NCBI RefSeq assembly: GCF_963921235.1
Contig: NC_086101.1
Location: 434,001-498,000 of the forward strand
Reading direction: 5' to 3'
Origin: Mobula hypostoma
Taxonomy: Eukaryota
Length of the DNA: 64,000 nucleotides
Below are positions 40,101 through 51,530 of this stretch, piece after piece. The notes beneath the pieces are model-generated. The model worked only from the letters and a program-made list of their open reading frames with translations, was not told the DNA's origin and searched no databases. How positions within the stretch are numbered: the first letter of the stretch is position 1; the number at the start of each line of letters is the position of its first letter. Both the position numbers and the translations under genes were made by a program.

Positions 40101-40189
40101 AAGCAGATGTCTAGCTAGAGACTTTCTCAGAATTTAACATAACAAAGAAGCCATCTTAAATTTAACATACAAAAAAGAGACCCCGTACA
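34108..40189 (-). mobile_element. 3'-truncated Gypsy LTR retrotransposon (PNMA-like gag, protease, RT N-terminus), interrupted by a CR1
   Basis: 5' LTR 40189-39599 (TGTAC...GTTACA); PBS TGGGGCTACCGTCCCGGATT resembles the tRNA-Pro complement; gag fragments; ILDTGSQVT protease; SPYASPIVV...RMCVDYRTLN RT; no 3' LTR. Confidence 0.92.
36259..38981 (+). mobile_element. Young 5'-truncated CR1 LINE, ORF2 open over ~835 codons
   Basis: ORF 36224-38761 ([29 protein letters not shown]); RT motif FADD changed to FAND; TCTTATGG tail. Confidence 0.96.
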
Positions 40190-40647
40190 GTAAGATAGCA
40201 CTAAATACCCTACTGACAACGAATGTAAATTCATTGGGTAAAGACGCTGCACGGTTTATCCCTGTGAATATCTGTATGGGCTTTAGTCACCATAATAATT
40301 TTCAACTTCTGGGTTGAGTGAGAGAGACCGGGCCTTCCATTGGAGCCGGGACGGACACGCGTTAAGTCACGAAGGTTCTCACACGAAGGGCTGTTGAAAT
40401 CAGGACGTCACCAAAAAAAATATTGTTTTGCACCCTGCGACGTAGAATGTCCGGTCCTGTGTTTTTTTTTCTGCAGCCACAGGTCGGTCATCACCAATGC
40501 ATCTGTCTCCTCAAAGAACAATATCGTCTCCACATCCCCAGTTTCATGGCATGAACTAATTTAATAGCTGCTTTCAATATTTGCCACCGTTTTGCACCCA
40601 AGTCTTACTCATTTAGATCTGGAGAAAAAACATTAAAACGAGCTGTG

Positions 40648-42165
40648 TTGAAATTGCAGGGGCCCTGGCAGAAATATTTAAAATGTCGCTGTCTACGGGT
40701 GAAGTGCCAGAGGATTGGAGAGTGCGTCATGTTGTTCAGTTGTTTAAAAAAGGATCGAAAAGTAATCCGGGAAATTATAGGCCGGTGAGTTTAACGTCAG
40801 TAATAGGTAAATTATTGGAGGGAGTACTAAGAGACAGTATCTACAAGCATTTGGATAGACAGGGGCTTATTAGGGAGAGTCAACATGGCTTTGTGCCTGG
40901 TAGGTCATGTTTGACCAATCTGTTGGAGTTTTTTGAGGAGGTTACCAGGAAAGTGGATGAAGGGAAGGCAGTGGATATTGTCTACATGGACTTCAGTAAG
41001 GCCTTTGACAAGGTCCCGCATGGGAGGTTAGTTAGGAAAATACAGTCGCTAGGTATACATGGAGAGGTGGTAAATTGGATTGGCCATTGGCTCGATAGAA
41101 GAAGCCAGAGAGTGGTGGTAGAAAATTGCTTCTCTGAGTGGAGGCCTGTGACTAGTGGTGTGCCACAGGGATCAGTGCTGGGTCCATTGTTATTTGTCAT
41201 CTATATCAATGATCTGGATGATAATGTGGTAAATTGGATCAGCAAGTTTGCTGATGATACAAAGATTGGAGGTGTAGTAGACAGTGAGGAAGGTTTTCAG
41301 AGCCTGCAGAGGGACTTGGACCAGCTGGAAAAATGGGCTGAAAAATAGCAGATGGAGTTTATTACTGACAAGTGTGAGGTATTGCACGTTGGAAGGACAA
41401 AACAACGTAGAACATACAGGGTTAATGGTAAAGCACTGAGGAGTGCAGTGGAACAGAGGGATCTGGGAATACAGATACAAAATTCCCTAAAAGTGTCGTC
41501 ACAGGTAGATAGGGTCGTAAAGAGAGCTTTTGGTACATTGGCCTTTATTAATTGAAGTATTGAGTATAAGAGCTGAAATGTTATGCTGAGGTTGTATAAG
41601 GCATTGGTGAGGCCGAATCTGGAGTATTGTGTTCAGTTTTGGTCACCAAATTACAGGAAGGATATAAATAAGGTTGAAAGAGTGCAGAGAAGGTTTACAA
41701 GGATGTTGCCGGTACTTGAGAAACTCAGTTACAGAGAAAGGTTGAATAGGTTAGGACTTTATTCCCTGGAGCGTAGAAGAATGAGGGGAGATTTGATAGA
41801 GGTATATAAAATTATGATGGGTATAGATAGAGTGAATGCAAGCAGGCTTTTTCCACCGAGGCAGGGGGAGAAAAAAACCAGAGGACATGGGTTAAGGGTG
41901 AGGGGGGGAAAAGTTTAAAGGGAACATTAGGTGGGGCTTCTTCACACAGAGAGTGGTGGGAGTATGGAATGACCTGCCAGACGAGGTGGTAAATGCGGGT
42001 TCTTTTTTAACATTTAAGAATAAATTGGACAGATACATGGATGGGAGGTGTATGGAGGGATATGGTCCCTATGCAGGTCAGTGGGACTAGGCAGAAAATG
42101 GTTCGGCACAGCCAAGAAGGGCCAAAGGGCCTGTTTCTGTGCTGTAGTTTCTATGGTTCTATGGT
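40648..42165 (+). mobile_element. 5'-truncated CR1 LINE (second subfamily)
   Basis: NYRPVSLTS...DFSKAFD...KFADD with in-frame stops; TTCTATGGTTCTATGG tail. Confidence 0.93.
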
Positions 42166-42706
42166 ACAAGCTGCTGGAATTACTCATCGGGTCAGGCATT
42201 TCGGGTTGAGACAGTCCAGATGAAGGATCTCGATCCGGAAAGACGATTGTACTTTCCTCTCCACAGATGCTACCTGGCCCGCTCAGTTCCTCCAGCACCA
42301 CGTTTCTGACTCGAGTTTCCAGCACCTGCGGACTCTTGTGCCTCGCTTTTCAGAACTTCTCCCTTTCAGTCCTGCCTCAGACTGAACCAGGCTCTTCTCT
42401 CCGGCTTCATTTCTGTTCTGCTTCTTCCTTCGCCCATCACGCCTACTGGGGCACAGGCCGCCACCAGCAGCTCGCCAGCTTTCCCTAAAGTGTCTGTCGC
42501 ACTGGGATTGCTAGAGTCATGCCTACATCCTCCTTTTGCAGCTGGGCTTGTGCAGTCCATGGTCAAGTTTTTATTTCCGACCTGTTTAATGTGCTTCCGA
42601 CCCCACCCTGGTATGGAAATCACATGCAGTAACGTAATGTTCATTCCCTAAGTCTGCAGCGCGTGTACTGGACAGTCGCGGTACTGCAGGAGATCAGCAG
42701 CTCCCT

Positions 42707-42735
42707 GAAAGTGAAAGCATTCTGAATCAGGAAGT
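42707..42735 (+). promoter_or_regulatory. Candidate IRF-binding element plus ETS site just upstream of the TRIM ATG
   Basis: GAAAGTGAAAGC (42707-42718) fits the IRF-E consensus; CAGGAAGT at 42728-42735. Motif match only. Confidence 0.3.
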
Positions 42736-42748
42736 GCCGGGAGTTAAC

Positions 42749-43162
42749 ATGGATTCGAAAGGACAGGTCAAGAGTTTAACCGAGGAGGCAATTTGTTCCA
42801 TCTGCCTGAATTTCTTCACCAATCCGGTTATACTGGAGTGCGGGCACAACTTCTGTCGCTCTTGTATCACACGGTGTTGGGAAAGGGAAGAGAGCAACTC
42901 CTGCCCGGAATGTAGAGAGGAGATTGCAGACTGCACCCTCAGGGTCAATCGGGCCTTAGCAAAGCTGGCTGAAGAAAAAATTCGAAATTTAAAGCTGAAT
43001 CCGAAACGGAAGGAAAGTAAACTTCACTGCGGGGGACATGAGGAAGAACTGAAGCTGTTTTGTGAAACGGACAAGACACTGATATGTCTGATCTGCGCAG
43101 TTGCGCAGGAACACAGAGAGCACCACTTCATGCCGATTAAAGAAGCTGTTAAGTTCTACAAG
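42749..43162 (+). CDS. First coding exon of a TRIM E3 ligase (RING + B-box2; TRIM39/27/69-like)
   Basis: C3HC4 RING (CSIC..CGHNFC..C..CPEC), B-box2 (C..H..LFC..D..IC..C....H..H), phase-0 donor AAG|GTAAAA at 43163. Confidence 0.92.
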
Positions 43163-43213
43163 GTAAAACTAACCTTAATTCGATACTGATCCTATCGACA
43201 ACTGAATCCCCAA

Positions 43214-43746
43214 AGTGCTACCTACAAACACACGAGCCTCCACAACCAACATATCATTCTCCGCATCTTTCGCCATCTCCAACGGGATTCTGCCACCAAG
43301 CACGTCCGACCGCAATGTCACTTCCACAACTCTCCGCTCTCTGTAGCGATTACTCTCTACGTTACTCCGTTATCCACTCGCTCCGTCCCACTGATCTCCC
43401 TCCTGACACCGATACCTGCAAGCGGGACAGGTGATAAACCTGACTCCTGCACCTCCTCCCTCGTCACCATTCAGAGCACCAAACAGACCGAATTCCTCCC
43501 GTTCCTTCCATGGTCGGTTGTCCTCTCGTATTAGTTTCCTCCTTCTTCAGCTCTTTGCCTCTTCCACCTGTCCCCTCTCAGCTTCTCACTTCATCACCTC
43601 CTCCACGTTCCCCCTCACGTTGTCTCACCCGTCACCTGTCAGCTGGTTCTCATCCCCAACATTTTTATTCTGGCCTCTGTCCCATTCCTTCCCAGTCCTA
43701 ATGAAGGGTCTCATCCCGAAACACCGACTGTTTATTTTCCTGCATA
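43214..43746 (+). mobile_element. Decayed Penelope-like fragment; its tail resumes after the Tc1 at ~46414-46445
   Basis: CTACCTAC...CTCCGCATCTTTCGCCATCTCCAACGGGAT and degenerate GTCCTAATGAAGGG...CCCGAAAC motif. Confidence 0.7.
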
Positions 43747-46413
43747 CAGTGATTTCCAACTGATTTCCAAAAGGCATGAAGTTAAGGATGGCACATTTAT
43801 TTAATATTTTAAGCAAGATTTTTTTTTTATTTCCATCTTCTACATTTTCAAAGTAACAAAAAAGGAAACGGGCCCGAAGCAAAAGTTTGGGAACCCTGCA
43901 TGGCAGTACTTAGTAACACCCCCTTTGGCAAGTATCACAGCTTGTAAAATCTTTTTGTGGCCAGCTAGGAGTCTTTCTATTCTTGTTTGGGGGATTTTCG
44001 ACCATTCTTCCTTGCAAAAGGCTTCTAGTTCTGTGAGATTCTTGGGCCGTCTTACATGCACTGCTCTTTTGAGGTCTATCCACAGATTTTCGATGATGTT
44101 TAGGTCGGGGGACTGTGAGGCCATGGCAAGATCTTCAGCTTGCGCCTCCTGAGGTAGTCCATTGTGGATTTTGAGGTGTGTTTAGGTTCATTATCCTGTT
44201 GTAGAAGCCATCTTCTTTTCAGCTTTTTTACAGACGGTGTGATGTTTGCTTCCAGAATTTGCTGGTATTTAATTGAATTCATTTTTCCCTCTACCAGTAA
44301 ATGTTCCCCGTGCCACTGGCTGCAACACAAGCCCAAAGCACGATCGATCCACCCCCGTGCAGAACAGTTGGAGAGGAGTGCTTTTCATGAAACATTGACC
44401 CTTTTTTCTCCAAGCATACTTTTGCTCATTGCGGCCAAAAAGTTCTATTAAAGGGGTTAAAGGAACATCTAAACAAGTCTGATCCATTTTTGAAAAATGT
44501 CCTGCGGACTGATGAAATTAAAATAGAACTTTTTGGCCGCAACAAGCAAAGGTATGTTTGGAGCAAAAAAGGATGCAGAATTTCATGAAAAGAACACCTC
44601 TCCAACTATTAAGCACGGAGGTGGATCGATCATGCTTTGGACTTGTGTTGCAGCCAGTATGGGGAACATTAGAGGGAAGAATGAATTCAATTAAATACCA
44701 GCAAATTCTGGAAGCAAACATCACACCGTCTGTAAAAAAGCCGAAGATGAAAAGAGCAAACACGAGGAAATCTGCAGATGCTGGAAATTCAAGCAACACA
44801 CATCAAAGTTGCTGGTGAACGCAGTAGGCCAGGCAGCATCTCCAGGAGGAGGTACAGTCGCCGTTTCAGGCCGAGACCCTTCGCAGGACTAACTGAAAGA
44901 AGACCCAGTAAGAGATTTGAAAGTGGAAGGGGGAGGGGGATATCTGAAATGATAGGAGAAGAGAGGAGGGGGAGGGATGGAGCCAAGAGCTGGACAGGTG
45001 ATAGGCAAAGGGGATATGAGAGGATCATGGGACAGCAGGCCTAGGGAGAAAGGAAAGGGGGAGGGGGGGGAAAGCCCAGAGGATGAGCAAGGGGTATAGT
45101 GAGAGGGACAGAGGGAGAAAAAGGAGAGAGAGTGAGAAAGAATGTGTGTAGATAAATAAATAACAGATGGGGTACGACGGGGAGGTGGGGCATTAGCGGA
45201 AGTTAGAGAAGTCAATGTTCATGCCATCAGGTTGGAGGCTACCCAGACGGAATACAAGGTGTTATTTCTCCAACCTGAGTGTGGCTTCATCTTTACAGTA
45301 GAGGAGGCCGTGGATAGACATATCAGAATGGGAATGGGACGTGGAATTAAAATGTGTGGCCACTGGGAGATCCTGCTTTCCCTGGCGGACAGAACATGGG
45401 AGTTCAGCGAAACGATCTCCCAGTCTGCGGCGGGTCTCGCCAATACATAGAAGGCCACATCGGGAGCACCGGACACAGTACATCACCCCAGCCGACTCAC
45501 AGGTGAAGTGTCGCCTCACCTGGAAGGATTGTTTGGGGACCTGAATGGTGGTGAGGGAGGAATTGTAAGGGCATGTGTAGCACTTGTTCCGCTTACAAGG
45601 ATAAGCGCCAGGAGGGACCCGGTCCCGTGATCGTCTCATATCCCTTTTGCTAATCAACTGTCCAGCTCTTGGCCCCATCCCTCCCCTTCCTGTTTTCTCC
45701 TATCATTTCGGATCTCCCCCCTACCCCTCCCACTTTCAAATCTCTTAGTAGTTCTTCTTTCAGTTAGTCCTGACGAAGGGTCTCGGCCCAAAACGTCGAC
45801 TGTATCTCTTCCTAGAGATACTGCCTGGCCTGCTGTGTTCACAAGCAACTTTTATGTGTGTTACAGGGAAAAGAGCATGGCTTCTACAACAGGATCATGA
45901 ACCTAAACACGCCTCAAATTCCACAATGGACTACCTCAAGAGGAGCAATCTGAAGGTTTTGCCGTGGCCCTCACAAACCCCTGACATAAACATCATCCAG
46001 AATCTGTGGATAGACCACAAAAGATCAGTGCATGCAAGACGGCCCAAGAATGTCACAGAACTAGAAGCCTTTTGCAAGGAAGAATGTGCGAAATTACCCC
46101 AAAGAAGAATTGAGAGACTCTAAGATGGCTACAAAAAAGCGTTTACAATCTGTGATACTTGCCAAAGGGGGTGTTACTAAGTACTGACCATGCAGGGTGC
46201 CCAAACTCTTGCTTCAGGCCGTTTTCCTTTTTTTGTTATTTTGAAACTGCAACAGATGGGAATAAAAAAAAAACGTTTTCTTGCTTAAAATATTAAATAA
46301 ATGTGTCACCTTTAACTTTATGTGTTTTAGGAATCAGTTCATCTTTTACTCGCTTATCTATTCACAATAAAGGAAATTTTGACCAGTGGTACCCAAACTT
46401 CTGCATGCCACTG
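43747..46413. mobile_element. Fold-back Tc1/mariner derivative made of two inverted 3' halves
   Basis: TA|CAGTG ... CACTG ends; QQDN.PKH and SPDLN.IENLW motifs occur on the minus strand (43840-44487) and again on the plus strand (44460-46190). Confidence 0.88.
44759..45867 (-). mobile_element. Penelope-like element (GIY-YIG end) with inverted terminal segment
   Basis: CKRNKCYTC...VMYCVRC..C....IGET.RRLGDRFAE; 45625-45860 is an inverted copy of ~44790-45030; 10-bp TSD GAAAAGAGCA (44749-44758, 45868-45877). Confidence 0.9.
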
Positions 46414-46518
46414 TGAATGCTGAGTTCCTCTGGCATTTTGTGTGCGATAATCGGGTTTGATCGCCTGTTTCTTTTGTTCTATCTTTTTTCTCTATTTCTT
46501 TCGCTCTCTGACTTCCAG

Positions 46519-46614
46519 GATCAGCTAAATCTTCCTTAGACTCTCTCACAAAAAAATAAATCAGACTTCCAGGAAAAGGAGCAGCAACAGAAAGAGAAGA
46601 TTTCGGGAGCTCAG
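46519..46614 (+). pseudogene. TRIM second coding exon (96 nt, coiled-coil start) with in-frame stop
   Basis: Polypyrimidine tract + CAG acceptor; CAG|GTGAG donor; 96-nt phase-0 exon typical of TRIMs; ends KSDFQEKEQQQKEKISGAQ; TAG at 46537-46539. Confidence 0.8.
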
Positions 46615-46667
46615 GTGAGGCTTCCTGAGCGGAATTTCTGATGTCACTGTATAGTTTTGCTCCCTTT

Positions 46668-46990
46668 AATGCAGAATAGCAGAGTGTCGCAGCTCCAGTG
46701 ACCTGGGTTCGATGCTGACATCTGGTGCTATCTGTGTGGAGTTTGCATGTTCTCGCTGTAATGACGACGGGTTCAGGCACATCCCAAAAACATGTTGAAT
46801 GAATGATTAATTACCATTAACCCTGTGAAGGTGGGGGAGGTTGTATGTGAATCAGATGGGTGTTAAAGCGTCAACGAGGGATGATTGGTTACAGGAAAAT
46901 GTGCGGGAATCGGATTGACTGGAATGCTCTAAGAACTAGCATGGACTTTAATGGACCAAATGGTCTCCTTAATGTCATAAGGAAACACAA
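46668..46990 (+). mobile_element. tRNA-derived V-SINE (HE1-like), decayed
   Basis: B-box-like GGTTCGAT followed by V-domain-like TGTGTGGAGTTTGCATGTTCTC and a CR1-like 3' end. Confidence 0.65.
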
Positions 46991-47034
46991 CACAGCAATA
47001 GAGTAAATTAATCTTCACCATTAACAACTATCTG

Positions 47035-48600
47035 CCATTCAATTCATCCACCTTGTTACGAATGTTCCTTGTATTCACACACAAAGCCTTCAGGATTGTT
47101 TTTACAACACTCTTAGCCCTTATAAAATTATGTTGAAAAGTGGCCCTTTTTGATTGTTGCCCTGGATTTGCCAGCCTGCCACTTTTACTTTCACTTTACT
47201 ACTTTTTGCTTCTAACCTCATTTTATACTCCTCTGTCTCTCTGCACTTGTTCCCATCCCCCTGCCACATTAGCTTAAATCCTGCTGAACAACAGTAGCAA
47301 ATGCTCCCCCTCGGACATTGGTTCCAGTCCAGCCCAGGTGCAGTCCGTCCGGTTTGTACCGGTCCCTCCTCCCCCAGAACTGGTTCCAATGCCCCAGAAA
47401 TGTGAATCCCTCCCCCTTGCACCAGTTTTCAAGCCTCGTATTCATCTGAAATATCCTCCTATTTCTACTCTGACTAGCACATAGCACTGGTAGTAATCCA
47501 AAGATTATTACCTTTGTGGTCCTACTTTTTAGTTATCTCCTAACTCCCTAAATTCACCTTGTCGGACCTCATCCCGTTTTTTACCTGTATCGTTGGTACC
47601 TATGTGCACCACGACCTCTGGCTGTTCACCCTCCCACTCCAGAATGTCCTGCAGCCGCTCAGAGACATCCTTGACCCTTGCACCAGGGAGGCAACATACC
47701 CTCCTGGAGTCTCGCTTGCGGCCGCAGAAGCGCCTATCAATTCCCCTTACAAACGAATCCCCGATCACTATAGCTCTCCCACTCCTTTTCCTTCCCTCCT
47801 GTGCCGCAGAGCCACCCATGGTGCAGTGAACTGGGCTGCTGCTGCCTTCCCCTGATGAGACATCTCTCCCAACAGTATCCAAAACAGTATATCTGTTTAG
47901 GAGGGAGATGACCTCAGGGGACTCCTGCACTACCTGCCTACTGCTACGCTGTTTAGTGGACACCCATTTCCTTTCTGCTTGAGTAGCCTTTATCTGCGGT
48001 GTGGCCAACTCACTGAACGTGCTATTCACGACTTTCTCAGCATCGCAGATGCTCCAGTATGAATCCAGTCGCAGCTCCAGCCGCTCAATGCTGTCTGCCA
48101 GAAGTTGCAGCTGGACACATTTCCTGCACACATAGTCGTCAGGGACACTGGAAGTATCCCTGACTTCCCATATGCTGCAGGATGAACAAACCATGGGGCC
48201 GATCTCAGCTGTCAAGACCTACCCAATACGTTGCCTCAACTTTTGAAACGTTGCCGACTGCTTCGGCAGTGGTATGGGCCTCACTGGGAGCAATCTCCTC
48301 CTCAGCCTCTGCTCACTTCAGCCAAAGCCCGCGAAGCCAAAGCCCTTTCACTCTGCTACCACTCACTCCGCTGCCCGCTGGATAAGGAAGTCGTCCTTTT
48401 AAACGTTCGGCGCTCACCCGGCTGATGTCACGCACTTGCGCAGTCGTGCTCCGTTCAACTGCCGAAGAAAATGACCGACTTCCACAAACTGCTCTCTTTT
48501 AAATACTCCCGCTGCCTCTCCATCCGACTTACACACGCTTGCGCAGTCGTGCCCCGTTCCACTACCGAAGACAGTTCGTGCTGTAATGTGCTGTAGATTT
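47035..48600 (-). mobile_element. CR1 5' portion: 5' UTR, ORF1 (Zn-binding/coiled-coil + SGNH esterase), start of ORF2
   Basis: CSSCSIWE...CRKC, VIGDSFVR, CLPGA, HIGTND, DGLHL. Confidence 0.9.
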
Positions 48601-48770
48601 CTATGTTCTGTGTCAAAGGCAGGCAGAGGGATTAGTTTAAATGGACCCCATGACAGCATGGAAAGTTTGGGCGAAGGGCCTGTATCAGTGCTGTAAGGGA
48701 GGGCTAAGTGAAACTGAATGCAACTTTTCAAGACCCTTTGCAAGTCGGGCAGAATCTATTGAGTGGTATA

Positions 48771-49370
48771 GAACACTGAGGCTGTCTACAAGAAGGGTCA
48801 GAGCCATCTCTATTTCCTGAGGAGACTGAAATCCTTTAATCTGCCGGACGATGCTGAGGATGTTCTACGAGTCTGTGGTGGCCAGTGCGATCATGTTTGC
48901 TGTTGTGTGCTGGGGCAGCAGGCTGAGGGTAGCAGACACTAACAGAATCAACAAACTCATTCGTAAGGCCAGTGATGTTGTGGGGCTGGAACTGGACTCT
49001 CTCACGGTGGTGTCTGAAAGGAGCATGCTGTCCAATTTGCGTGCCATCTTGGACAATGTCTCCCATCCACTACATAATATACTGGGTGGGCACGGGAGTA
49101 CATTCAGCCAGAGACTCATTCCACCGAGATGCAACACAGAGCGTCATAGGAAGTCATTCCTGCCTGTAGCCATCAAACTTTACAACTCCTCCCTTGGAGG
49201 GTCGGACACCCTGAGCCAATAGGCTGGTCCTGGACATTTTCCTGGCATAATTGACATATTACTAATTAATTATTTATGATTTTATTACTATTTAATTATT
49301 TATGGTGCAACTGTAATGAAAACCAATTTCCCCCGGGGTCATTAAAGTATGACTATGACTATGACTATGA
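48771..49370 (+). mobile_element. Rex1/Babar LINE 3' fragment
   Basis: MLRMFYESVVAS...RCNTERHRKSFLP; (ATGACT)n tail. Confidence 0.85.
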
Positions 49371-49730
49371 TGTTAGGGACAGAACCTCTCCCTTACAAAA
49401 CTGACACTGGCCATTTGGCCCGACCTCCCATGCTGTCCTGAGGTCCATTTAAACTAATCCCTCTGCCTGCCTTTGACATGGAACATTGAAATCTACAGCA
49501 CGTTACAGGCCCTTTGACCCACAATATTGTTGCGACCATGTAACCTACTACAGGATCTGCCTAGGATTTCTCTATCATATAATCTTCTCTGTTTTTAAGC
49601 TCCATGTACCTATCAAGCAGTCTCTTAACATATCCTATTGTATCCACCTCCACCACCGCTGCCCGCAGTGCATTGTATGCACCCACCACTCTCTGTGTAA
49701 GAAACTTAACCCTGACATTCCCTCGGTACA

Positions 49731-51050
49731 TAATCATAGTCATAGTCATACTTTATTGATCGCAGGGGAAATTGGTTTTCGTTACAGTTGCACCATAAAT
49801 AATAAATAGTAATAGAACCATAAATAGTTAAATAGTAATATGTAAATTATGCCAGTAAATTATGAAATAAGTCCAGGACCAGCCTATTGGTGTCTGACCC
49901 TCCAAGGGAGGAGTTGTAAAGTTTGATGGCCACAGGCAGGAATGACTTCCTATGACGCTCTGTGTTGCATCTCAGTGGAATGAGTCTCTAGCTGAATGTA
50001 CTCCTGTGCCCAACCAGTACATTATGTAGTGGATGGGAGACATTGTCCAAGATGGCATGCAACTTGGACAGCATCCTCTTTTCAGACACCACTGTCAGAG
50101 AGTCCAGTTCCATCCCCACAACATCACTGGCCTTACGAATGAGTTTATTAATTCTGTTGGTGTCTGCTACCCTCAGCCTGCTGCCCCGGCACTTAACAGC
50201 AAACATGACAGCATTGGCCGCCACAGACTCATAGAACATCCTCAGCATCGTCCGGCAGATGTTAAAGGACCTCAGTCTCCTCAGGAAATAGAGACGGCTC
50301 TGACCCTTCTTGTAGGCAGCCTCAGTGTTCTTAGACCAGTCCAGTTTATTTTCAATTCGTATCCCCAGGTATTTGTAATCCTCCACCATGTCCACGCTGA
50401 CCCCCTGGATGGAAACAGGGGTCACCCATACCATAGCTCTCTTCAGGTCTACCACCAGCTCCTTAGTCTTTTTCACATTAAGCTGCAGATAATTCTGCTC
50501 ACACCATGTGACAAATATTCCTAACATAGCCCTGTACTCAGCCTCATCTCCCTTGCTGATGCATCCAACTATGGCAGAGTCATCCTAAAACTTCTGCAGA
50601 TGACAAGACTCCGTGCAGTAGTTGAAGTCCGAAGTGTAAATGGTGAAGAGAAAGGGAGACAAGACAGTCCCCTGTGGAGCCCCAGTGCTGCTGATCACTC
50701 TGTTGGACACATAGTGTTGCAAGCACACCTACTGTGGTCTGCCAGTCAGGTAATCAAGAATCCATGATACCAGGGAAGCACTACCTGCATCGCTGTCAGC
50801 TTCTCCCCCAGCAGAGCAGGGCGGATAGTGTTGAACACGCTGGAGAAGTCAAAAAACATAACCCTCACAGTGCCCGCTGGCTTGTCCAGGTGGGCGTAGA
50901 CACGGTTCAGCAGGAAGACGATAGCATCCTCAGCTCCTCGTCGGAGCTGGTAGGCGAACTGGAGGAGATCGAAGTGTGGCCTGACCATAGGCCGGAGCAG
51001 CTCCAGAACAAGTCTCTCCAGGGTCTTCATGATGTGGGAGGTCAATGCCA
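49731..51050 (-). mobile_element. Rex1/Babar LINE, RT C-terminal part, inserted in an older CR1
   Basis: ALTSHIMK...QFAY...FFDFSS.FNTI; LNVKKTKELVVD...KYLG...QSRLYFLRRL; (TATGAC)n tail. Confidence 0.9.
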
Positions 51051-51530
51051 CCGGTACCGACTTCCAAGCAGCTTAAAACTATGCCCCTTCGTATTTATTT
51101 GAATCCTGGGAAAATGCCTCTGTCTATCCAAATGGTCAAAACCTCTCATCAACTTATACACCTCTATCAGGTAACAGCTCATCCTCTGTCGCTCCAAGGG
51201 GAAAAGACCAAGTTCACTCAATCTATTCTCATAAAGCATACTCTCCAATCCAAGAGCAACATCCTTGTAAATCTCCTGTGCACTCCCTCTACAGTATCCA
51301 CTTCCTTCCTCTGGTAAAATTACTCCAGGTGGGGTCTGATCAAGGTCTTGTACAGCTTCAACATTACCATGGTTGATGAAAGCCATCACACCAGAGGCCT
51401 TCATAACAACACTGCAATCTCTGCATCGGCTTTGAGTGTCGTATGGACATGGACCCCAAGATCTCTCTGACCCTCCGCTCTGCCAAGATTCTGTGTTCAA
51501 ATTGACCTGCAGAAATGAATCTCTACACAC

